Source: Antedon mediterranea (Eukaryota; Animalia; Echinodermata). From it: a stretch of DNA of 64,000 nucleotides. Positions 28,401-40,400 of the stretch are shown here, piece by piece (positions within the stretch are counted from its first letter, which is position 1; each line of letters starts with the position of its first letter). The stretch covers positions 12,524,001-12,588,000 of the forward strand of contig NC_092672.1 in NCBI RefSeq assembly GCF_964355755.1, read 5' to 3'. Under the pieces are notes generated by a model. It was not told the DNA's origin. It did no database searches and saw only the letters and a list, made by a program, of their open reading frames with translations. The translations under genes and the position numbers were made by a program.

Positions 28401-31400
28401 TTACCTCAGTAAAAGTAATACACAGTGTTGTTTTTCCAATTTTTTGCAACTGTTCTTGCAAATCCACCCATTTTAATGGAACACTTCTCACCATGGCCTT
28501 CATATAACGACCAACGTTTCTCCTAAGTTGTTTTATACCTTCATGCGATTTTACAGTGTTATCCACCATGTACATCTCACGATCTACATGGTCGGCATAT
28601 GGCATTCCTTCCATTTTTTCAAACATTTTACGAAACTTATCCTCCACTTCCTTTAATAAAAAGAGTTTTCATAATTACAAGCTATAACAACAACAAGAAT
28701 GTAATTATTCTTACAAACTGTTATTTCATATTCTGATTTGAATAAATCTAACAGATAATTAAACTTAATACACGATTTAATTCGTAGGCTACGCTATTTA
28801 AATTTCATCACTGTATCGGTTTTAAATAATTCAGCATTAATCCCGTCCGTGTATACCACATACTGTACCGTTGCAAAATTGTAAGCTTATTTAATGTTAA
28901 TGTACGTCTGTTACCTTGATCCAATTTTTAGATTTTGACTTTTTAATAAATGTGTCCATATGTGTAGCAACCAAACAGATAGGAGGTGACTCGATGATCT
29001 TGCCATCAATATTAATGGGACTTCCTGGACCATGTTGTGCCACAGTATGTTCATAAATGGACCTTATCCAGAACATATTCATTTCCAAATTGGTCATTCC
29101 TAGTGTCCTCTAAAATCACAAATAAAATGCAATCTTATAAAGTAAGCTAAAATATTCTCAATAACAAAGATATGCATATTTAATAAAGTGTATTCGAGCA
29201 AATAAGTAGGTACTGTAGGCACTTACTGTAATTGAATCTCGTGGATTAGCTGGTTCATCCAAGTTATCACACGAATTAAACGCTACACAGTAGGATACTC
29301 GATTTGTGAGGAAAAACTAAACAAAATACAATTAATAATAATAACTTTTTTTATACTCCAGGTCATTCATTAGGGATGTGTTAATTGATACATGTAATAA
29401 TAGATTAGTGAAAATGTTATACCACAACACAATGTCGTACTGTCACTATGAGCAAATCTCTTTATTTTTTAATAATCATTTAACATATGAAACAAAAACT
29501 ATGAACAAAAGAAAAAATACATAAATCAAATAAAATTTAAAATATAATTTAAAGGTCTGTTTAATAAAATAGATACGTAAACAAGCAAATCAAGGCCCTT
29601 TTTTTAAACATGCACCAATAAATTTATTTTTAAATTTTTAAGACATTTTTAAGTAATAGCAAACAACAAAATAGGAACATACCCTATGCGTTATGTAGTA
29701 GTCCAGTTGACCTGCGTAGTCCCATATAGTAGTTACGTCACTTGGAATACTTTCTGAATCATCACTTTTTACAAATAATTTCCTAATCCTTTTCATCGAC
29801 CAACTATCTTTCTGTCTTCGCTTTTTTATTTTAGCAACAACTTTTCTTTGAATGGATTCGGGAATTGTCAGATTTTCTTTTAGTTGACTCTCTAAATTCA
29901 AATAATGACTACAAATCAATGGGGTGTGTGTACATTAGATAGGGATATGGATAGATGGACTGGTCTGATAATGTTGTGAGTAGACATAATGAATGTTAAA
30001 ATGGATAAAAAAAGTTTATACAATAAATAAATACATCAGTCAGGATGATTAAAGAATTGAACGAGCAGCGAATAAATACATTTATTTGTTTGCAACAAGA
30101 AAAGAAATCTCACTCTTCCCTGGTTGGACAAACTTTTTGAGAACAAAATTTTCCAGAATGTTTCATAACAATGGTATAATGCCATACATATTATTTTATC
30201 AAATATAAAGAAAACCAAATAATGAGTCCAACCCTTTCTTGCCGATTCCACTGCCAATGACGTGTAATCAGACTCTCTGGAATCAAATGTAGAAGCCTCG
30301 CCTAAAGAAAAATCGTTGAAAGAAAGAAATATTCTCTGGGTTTGCTTGAATCTGGAGTTTTCTGTCGGCGAAAATGTATAACTAAAAATGATTATTTGTG
30401 TCATGTTGCACTCATAACGAATACAATGTTATATTATTATATACTAGAGCAGTGAAAATCATGTATAGACCTGTATAAACTCCACAGTTTAACAAGTACT
30501 ACTTTATATTAATAATAATGAAACAATAATATAAACAACACTCCTATGAAGTTATAGTGTGCTAATTTTGTGTTTCTTTCAGTATCAGCATGTATAATAC
30601 ACTACATTAATTTATTATTTACATTAAATTGGTTTATTTACTTTTCTTAAGAAAATAAATTATATTTTAGATATTGTCATGCAATTAATTTGTTGTTTAT
30701 TAATTCGTGCGATGACTTGTTAGGCCTATTAGTAAAGTGATTGTATGCGAAACGACCACACTTTATTTATGCAAAATGATCGTCAAAAATATTTTAAAAA
30801 ATAATCAAACCTTCCACTGAAGACACAGAGTCAGAAGATATAGAACATTCCAAATCAGATATTGAAGGTGCTGCACCTTGTAAATGGAATTTGGTTTCAG
30901 TTGACGTTTGTTTTTCCATATTTGCTGTGATGTGTTCAGGCGTTTTCGGGGATGTTCCTGCAATTCATTATAATATATTTTTGATACAATATAATAGACT
31001 GTATAACATTTCACTTTTATGTATGTTTCAATACTCTATGAGTGCATCTTAACTTGATTATTATCACCAATACAGTTTGTTTAGAATAATAAAAATACCC
31101 TTGTAATAGATATTATAGTAGATATTCATCATACCTATTTTTACTGGATCCAAAGAAGAGATTGCTGATGATTCCAGTTGGGAATCAGATTTAGATGTTG
31201 ACATATCTGAACTTCCTTCACCATCATCCATTTCTTCCTTTATTAACTGTGTTGCAAGTTTTTCTGCAAGTGCATCTTCCCGTATTTTCTTGTTGAGCTC
31301 CATAACTGTTTAAAAAAAAAAGGTGAAATAAGATTGTACGATAAACATCATAGAGATAAATTAAAATACTAAAATTAGAGAAATGAGATACATCATCAAA

Positions 31401-34400
31401 TCATCATCATCACCTGTAAAATACAATAAATATGTAGGTAATTTATGTAATTATAGACCAAAATGCATTTTTAAGTATTGAATAAAAATATTATTTCCAG
31501 TGTACCTTACCGGTACGTTTTTACCTTTATTATGATACTAATTAATCTCTATACACAAATTGGCCAAAGCAGGCAATTATGCGTTTGTTGAAGGAAGAAG
31601 AAAGAGAGAGTTTCTCTCTTTTGTGGGGACAGCTCACTTTGAACGAACAGTTAATGTGTTATTTGGTATGGTTGAATTCTTCTTTTCAAACTTACCGTCG
31701 ATATCTTCCTTCTTCCACTTGTCACACTCTTTTCCAATTGCTTGAAACAATGTCGTTGTGATAGCAATACCATCAGTAGATGGTTCGTTGGATTTAAATC
31801 TATAATAATGAATAATGAACTCAAAAAGGTCGGATTTAATGAAAGGAGAATGTATCCAATAGTTCATCTTAAAATATTAATATATTTAAAATAAAAACGA
31901 AGTGAAGATCACAAGTAAATAAGCATATGCTTCACACTTCTTGGGGATATTTAAAACAAACTGAAACTTTCAGCAGCAGAATTTGCATAAACATCACCGT
32001 TAATGTCACCATCATCGTCATTATCATCATAATTGCCATTATAATCATCATCATTATTATTATTCGAAAAGGAATGAAAACCTGTTACTCAAAGACGAAA
32101 CTTCAGGTATCAACTATTTAAAATAAGAACCTCACTAATACCAATTTTTGTATTTTATTGAATAATTACATATCAAAATACTCAGCACCAAACTTATTAT
32201 AAACAAGAAATCCAAACAACTCGTTAAATGTTGTCAATTGCATTAGAGATACTTATGAAAAAAGATAAAGTGTTTTAAATGGTTCAAAGAACAAAAGATT
32301 GATTTTAATATATTTTTTGATAAGGAATGTTTGCCATGACTATTATAGAGAACATGAATACAGGATTAGAAATAAATGAGAACTTAATCTACTGTAATGG
32401 TAAAAACACCATTCAAATTGTATTATAAATACTTTATATTGATGAAGATCATGTATTTTTTTATTGGTGCATCTTATAAAATAACTTTGTTTTTGTGTTA
32501 CCTTTGTCCAAGCATGGCCTTTACACAGCTAGTTTTTCCAGCACCTTCTTTCCCGAGAAACATACATCTTGAATTTACAACTGCAATCTCACCATTTTCA
32601 AGTTCATTTTGAAATGATCTAATTGCGCTCTTACCTCTAGCTAATATTTCAACTGGAACTAAATTGCGATTAAAATAAATGTAAAATATACAAAAACAAA
32701 TGTACAAATACAAATATTTTACATTTAAGAATCAATTCAAAGCCATAGTTTTAAAACTGTCATTATGAGAGCTCATCTTCTTCACATTCATACAGTTCAA
32801 AGGTTCAGTACAATATTCATTGTGTGTCATTAGTAATACACTGTACTTTAATATTCATGATGCAAAACTCAATCAAAGTGTATTAATGAATACAAACTTA
32901 CTGTCAAGTAACTTCAATATCGTATTTTTCTTTTCTTTGGAGATATCACTATTATCCTTCAAAGCAGATGCTGGTGTTTGTCCTCGCTATACAAAAAATT
33001 GTATTAAAGTATTATCCACTGTTACTTTATTAATCTATATATACATTTACGTAAGGGAAAAAATCGGTAAATCGCCTCTTACTTCTAGAATTTTTATTTG
33101 ATGGTATATATAGTTGGTTCGTACTTTCGGTACTGATTTTAACCACCTTATGTAACTCTGTTTACTAATTAAATTGAGTTAGATAATTATTTATTGACGA
33201 TTAAAGCGAATTTACGATTTGCTCCCAATAGAGGTGTTTTTCATAAATTGTTTTACATTATATAAACACATATACAAATAAACTTTATTATTGACAGTTG
33301 CTTCTCAACGTTTTTATTAATTAATAATGTAATTACAAAAAAATATAAACGTCGTAGTGATGTATCGTTACATGTACTGTACTGTACTTCAATCGACTAT
33401 GACGGTGACAGTTTCAACAAAGTATTAAATCGCAATGTTTTAATGTATTTAGTGATATATTATTTGTAAAACATGAAAACAATTAATATTTCGTTACTAA
33501 ATGGATAAAGAATATATTAACAAATTGTTCCTCTTTGCACTCATCCTCTTTTCCATCCCTCAACCCTAATGTTACATACAAAACACAAATTAAGTTTGTT
33601 TAAATTTGACTCAAACAATTGGTCTCATTTTGTGACAAGTTTCTCTTTCGGAAGTAATTCACAGGGTGCTAATTTTAGTTGAGTACATAAATCACCGTTT
33701 TTATTTATTCGTTATTGTAAATAAATGACATTGTCCTGTGGTACGTACATTTGAAATCGCCAGTTTTTAGTCGCGTGGACGCGACTCAATAGTTCACTAT
33801 GTCGGTCGGTCGGTCTGTCTGTCGGTCCGGTATCACTATGCGTTTTATCGCTTTTCTGTACTTTTTGAACTGTTTTGATGTTTTTTCTGAGAGCATGCGA
33901 CTTATGGCTGTTGGCCTTGTTTAACGCTGAAATTACTATGTATTCGAGAAGCATCTGTGGACGACCTAGATGCGAGAGAAGCGAGTAAACTAGTAATTTA
34001 CATAATCCGGATTGTAATAAACACATGCATAAGTTTAAAATAGTGTGCACACGTTAATATGACACAATCTGAGTACCTTTGGACTAACAAACAAAATAGT
34101 AACTGCTCTACCATTTAATGTTTATTGTGATTGAATACACTTTAAAAATCTCTCAAAAGCCACATTTTGAATTTTTAATTTTCTAAATTGTTCTGTCTAT
34201 GTAAAGCGCATTAATGCTTTCAGCATAATGCGCAATATCAAGCACCAGTTATTATTATTATTATTAAAAATGCTATTAAAAAAAATATTATAAAAGAATA
34301 GTCGATACTGTATTAAATGTACATGTTAATTATCGCATCTATGAGAATTTACCACCACTAGCAGTAACCCGTGCTCCGCGTGGTCTTTGTCTGCTTTAAT

Positions 34401-37400
34401 ATATGATTATATACTAATTCGCATGGGATGAGTAAGTATCATATAAGCGCACTCTTCCCTCATAAAAAGCCATGGATGTTGTTATACACCAAGTATTCCT
34501 TCACTTTTAAGTAACCATGAGCTACAAAATGAAAGCAATACTGGATATGGGACTTTACGAAAATGGAAAAATGGTGCTGTGTGAATACCATGATGCGCGC
34601 AATAACATAACGAAAGTATGTTAATGAAGTATTGGAATAAATCAACACAAAAAGTAGTCGAAATTTGACGATGCGCTCGGACACAAACTATTACTTTTTG
34701 GGTGTATTTTTTCTTTGAGACGTCAAATTACTGCTATTGTTTGCTTTTTTTAGTGTTTATCCTTAAAATTCAGCAAAGTGACATAGCCTATCGTGTGCGG
34801 CCCATCAATAAACATCAGTGTGCCAAATGTGAGCACGTACCGTTCGGTGGCTTTGGAAGAGATACATAAAATTAAAAAAATTTAGTAGCATTAATATTTA
34901 GATGCTAACATAATGTCTTTAAACAATTGGCGCCCTTTCTGATATTCTTTGGCTCCATCAAGATGATGATTATTGTGTATTAGTTAACAAAAGATTTGTA
35001 ATATTAGTTAAGTTAATAACATACTCCTAATCAAAATAAGAGTATACCTTGGATATAGGCGTACAGTAGTGGTTTGCTTAATAAGCAAAATTTAAAAATG
35101 CAAATGCAATGTTGCTGCATTAATTTACGGTACCTTGTTTCTTGCTTTAAGTGATGCTCCGTGGGCTATGAGACTGTTCACTATTTCTAAATTACCACCA
35201 AACCTAACGTGTCCATGTAGCGGTGTGTTTCCCTCCTGGAGAGCAGAAAGTTTTATGTATTATAATATACATTTTACACTTTAGATACTAGAACTAAGGT
35301 TTAAACAAATTTAATATTGTATTCGTTCTGCTCCTACAATTATAACAAGCAATTAACTACTACATCTAATTATTGTATATTTTGCTTCTCGTGGGCTACT
35401 CGTCTTTCAGTAGGTAACTTCGATGATCATCCCTGCCAAATCGCCAGGACTTGTCTGGCGGGTGTAGGCGATTATACAAGTACAATTATTTAAACTCTGG
35501 AGGCAACTGGAAATGCGTCTGGCAGGTGGACAGCCGGGAATGACAGCCGGGGTGTGAAGCATATGTTTATCGATTATAGATTGAAAGTTCGATGATAAAT
35601 CAGAATTAGGGTAAAAAATTGACTTCAGTAATGTAAACGGGGTCCCATCGTTTTATTACTTTTTATGAAATCATACACATAAGCGACATTATTGGTTCGG
35701 CATCATAGTCCGCAAGGTCTATGGTCAAAAAATTGTTAAGTAAATAGAGTATTTTGTTATTTATCTACGATAGACAACAGTATAACAGTACTGTAAATAA
35801 TACAACTAGTTGATTTTAATTGGGACGTGGAGAGGTGTTAGCAATGAACATAATTTTGAAAGTATTGGTATTAACGTGACAGCTATATGATGCTTAAAAT
35901 ACTTTAAACTTATATTTACTTTGATAAATAAATATGACTTTTCACAATTAAAATAAATTAAACAACTCCAAGGTTTGTTTATACGGGAGCTTATTTAGAT
36001 TAACTTATATTGCTGACTAATACGAATAATAACGTAAATGATTTTTTAAATTATTTTAAAAGAGTAATTTACATTGTTTGTTATATAGATACAGACGGGT
36101 AAGCACTGAACACATTTTAAAGTATTAATTTAGCGTCTTGTTCAATCTAAAACGCTACAGCTACACGATTTTTAATATATTTTAAATTATACTTAATTTG
36201 CTTTGATAATAACTATAGGCTACACTTGTTCACAATGAAAAGCACATTAAACGAATCTATGGGATTTGCTTATAATGGGACATAATTTAAATTAACTTTG
36301 TAAAAAAGAGTTTTTTTGTGTAAAAGAGTAATTTACATTGTCTGTTGCTGTGACTGATGCTCCGTGAGCTATGATACTGTTCAATATCTCTACATTACCA
36401 TCGGCAAACGTAACGTGTTTATGTAGCGGTGTGCTTCCAAGCTGATGGAAAGAAGAAAATTAGATTATTAAACTTGAGGCATTTTTTAAGAATATATGTA
36501 TTATTATATTATAATATTTATCCTTTTCTACATTCATTTTCTAATTAATTAAGAGTGAATGTAAATTATATAGAAAAACCTATTAAGAAAATAATAAAAC
36601 TTGTTGATTTTAATTATTATTATAAATACAGAAGGGTTAGCACTGAACACATTTTAAAAGTATTGATTTAGCGTCTTGTTCAATCTAAAACCCTACAGCT
36701 ACACGATTTTCAATACATTTTAAATTGTATTTTTGCTTTGATAATATAAACTATACATTTTTTCCAAGAAAAACACATTAAACGAATCTAGAGTTTACTT
36801 ATAACAGGAGACAATTTAAATTCACTTGTAGTGTTAACTAATACGAATAATTACGTTATTGATTTTTAAATCATTGTAAAAGAGTAATTTACATTGTTTG
36901 TTGCTGAGATTGATGCTCCATGAGCTATAAAACTGTTCACTATCTCTACATTACCACGGCCACACTCAACGTGTCCATGTAGCGGTGTGTTTCCTCTCTG
37001 GAAAGAAGAAAGTTAGATTAAACTTGACGCATTTTGTTAAGAATACAGGTATTTATTACATATTTATCCTTTTCTACATTCATTTTCTAATTCATTTTCT
37101 AAGTCCTTTCGCCGACTGCAAAAGAACACAGCGCCATAAGTACTCATTTTTCTAAATTAAAATTATGTGTACTTAATGCTCGATCCACGCAACGCAAAGC
37201 CTCAAGAAAAGGAGTGGAGCAAGTATCTGGAAATGGTGAGACGAGTACTAAATCCACAGAAAAGCATAGGTCTATAGAAAAAGCACATCTTAATTTTGGC
37301 ATTCTAAATGCACGTTCACTGCGTAACAAGTGTGATGAATTTGTGGACTTAGTTGTTAGCTATAATCTAGATGTAGTGGCGGTGTCTGAAACCTGGTTAA

Positions 37401-40400
37401 GACCAGATGATGATTTTGTGATTGGAGATTTAACTCCACTAGGATATCGCTTTGTGCATGTCCCTAGGGTGGACAAAACTGGGGGTGGTGTTGGAATTCT
37501 GTCTAAGTCAAGCCTAGTTGTTAACTTGAAAACGGATGTACATACATATGCATCATTTGAGGCTATACATGTGCATATTACGTCTAACTCGAAATCTCTT
37601 CGTTTAGTTAACATATATCGACCACCAACCTTGTCTGTTACAGAGTTCCTAAATGATTTTGAAAAAATGTTGTTTGACTTTATTCTCTTTTCGTCTGAAA
37701 TTGTTTTCTGCGGAGACTTTAATATCCATATGGATAATAAAAAAAATGTGGCAGCGGATAGATTTAAAACACTGCTTAGATCGTTTGGTCTCCAGCAGCA
37801 TATAAATGAACCCACACACTGTAGTGGGCACTGCCTCGACCTTATCATCACTAGAGATGATCTACTTCTCTCGGATGTAAAGATACACCCTGGCCTGTCA
37901 GATCATTTTGCCATATTTTGCAAGTTTGATCTTAAACGGCCCACAACACACAAAAACTGTAAGAAAAAGTCGCAACCTAAAACAAATTGATATTGAGAAA
38001 TTCACAAATGACATTAAAGCCTGTGTGTCTAAAGCCCCTTTCTCACAGATGTGTCTGCAATATACCGGTACAGTGCTGGCGTCGTGCTGGTATCGTTACC
38101 GGCATATACCCATTCTCATCGGACTATCGTGCCGGAAATATAACCGGTATATACCGGCTTTCTGTGAGAAAGGAGTCGGGCATATTCGGCCAATAAAAAG
38201 TCTCTGACAAAATAATTATTGAGGGCGTCCTTTATTGTTATTATTTTTGTCTAGGGATATATGGCGGCGAATGTTAAGTTACAGATTATTATCTTCCTTT
38301 ATAGCATATTTATGCAATAAATGCTATGTACAGTATATTGTGCATATATTATACAGGTACAGCAATTAATTAGTCGTCATCGGCAATCTGTAAAACACCT
38401 TAGAAGGCTGTACAATTTACAAGGCGACGAAGGGTCAGGCTAGTTAGGCACCAACAAAGAGCTATATGGCCTAGGCCTGCTATAGATTATGCTACAAATT
38501 TCTTCTTGTCCCTCTCTCTCTCTTATCTCATTATCCCTCCAGTTCGACATTATTATTGTTAATTGAATTGAATCGGCGCCAAAGTGATACAACCATACAC
38601 TTTACCGCGCAAGGTGTCTGAAGCCTCGACAGGGAACCCGGGAATATAACGGCGTTACGTTCTCACAGAATGCCCGTCTGGCATTGCGGGGAATATCCCT
38701 AGAATATTACTAGGTCTAAAGCAGGTCATGTCGATGCCGGCATGGTGCCGGCATGATGCCGAGACGACCCGTTCTCACAGAAATCCATACCGGCATGGTA
38801 ATGGTATATTCCCGCAATATTCCTGGCACTCAGCTCTGTGAGAAAGGGGCTTAATATAACTGATTTAAGTGTAATTCTTGAAGACAGTGTAGAAAGCTAT
38901 TCTGATCTCAGAGCTGTACTTGATTTACATGCGCCAGTTCAGAACAAAACAATTAGGCAAAAGGACGCTAAACCGTGGTATACCGATGAAATTCGATCTG
39001 AAAGGAAAGTACGTCGTCAACTTGAACGTAAATGGATGAAATCAAAGCTTCCTAAGGATAGACAGGAATACTGTGTTCAAAGATGCGTTGTAAATGGACT
39101 GATTGAAAAGGCCAAGACGCGGTATTACTCTAGTCTGGTTAGTGACTGCACAGGTGATCAAAAGAAACTTTTCAATATAGTAAATAAACTTTTACATCAC
39201 TCCAAGTCATCGGTCCTTCCTTCGTCTGTCTCCGATGAAGCTCTTGCTGAAAGATTTTCTGTGTTTTTTGTAAATAAAATTAAATCAATTCGTGATTCAC
39301 TAGAAAATGAAAATACTGGCGAAGTTATAACTGCTTCTGATAAATGTAATATATCTTATGGTTTAACTAGGTCTATACGGTTTTCTCAGTTCGAACCTGC
39401 AAGTGATGAGGAAATTTTAAAAATTGTCAAAAATTCTCCCTCTAAATCATGTGCACTTGACCCGGTACCAACTTCACTGATAAAGAAATGTACTTCTGCA
39501 TTTATTCCATTAATCACACATATTGTTAATAAGTCTCTTGAAAGTGGTTCTTTCCCAGAGTCTCTAAAAGTCACCCATGTTCGACCCACATTGAAAAAAA
39601 CAGGTCTAGATCCCGAGATTCTGAAAAACTACAGACCTATCTCGAATCTTAGTTTTTTAGGAAAAATAATTGAGAAGGTTGTTTCTAAACGGATTTTGTC
39701 GCATGTACAAAAACATGGCCTACTTGATCCGTATCAATCTGCCTACAAAGCGCATCACAGTACTGAAACGGCATTACTTCGTGTAAATAATGACATCCTA
39801 CGTGGGATGGATGATGGAAAGCTAACTGCTCTAGTATTATTAGATTTAAGTGCAGCATTTGATACGGTTGATCATTCTGTGTTGCTAAATAGACTCAGTA
39901 CTTATATTGGTATTGAAGGAAATGCACTTGATTGGTGTCGGTCATATTTGGAAAAACGACCTCAACACGTATGTATTGGTGATGCTATTTCAAAAGCTTC
40001 TTTTCTAAACTTTTCGGTACCACAAGGATCTGTTCTTGGGCCGCAATGGTTTTACTATTTATTTACACCCGATACGGGATATCATAAGTAAATATGATCT
40101 GTGCTATCATGTTTATGCTGATGATACTCAGATTTATATTTCTTTTAAACCTACTATGAAACACAGTGACATTTCTTTGGAATTGCTCCAACATTGTATC
40201 TATGAATTGCGTGTCTGGATGAAAAACAACTTTCTTAAATTAAATGATGAAAAAACAGAATTTGTTCTCTTTGGATCAAAACAGCAGTTGGAAAAACTGC
40301 CACCAAGCTTTATTCACATTGGTGAAACCCAAATGGACCCGGCTAGGCAGGTTAGAAATCTTGGGGTTGAAATGGATGTGGGTATGACTATGATTTCTCA

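Noticed and set aside
31392-31413. Possible Asp-rich micro-exon after a good acceptor (tttacag|GTGATGAT...)
   Set aside because: The nearest GT donor is weak and would break the frame. The flanking exons join correctly without it.
31927-32121. Poly-Ile transmembrane-like ORF
   Set aside because: Product of an (ATC/ATT)n microsatellite within a ROCO intron.
24895-32658. Assignment as LRRK2, DAPK1 or MFHAS1 ortholog
   Set aside because: No kinase, LRR or WD40 sequence was seen and the C-terminus is tandem DED-like, so no gene symbol is given.
37360-37851. 163-aa minus-strand ORF
   Set aside because: Antisense shadow of the LINE endonuclease frame.
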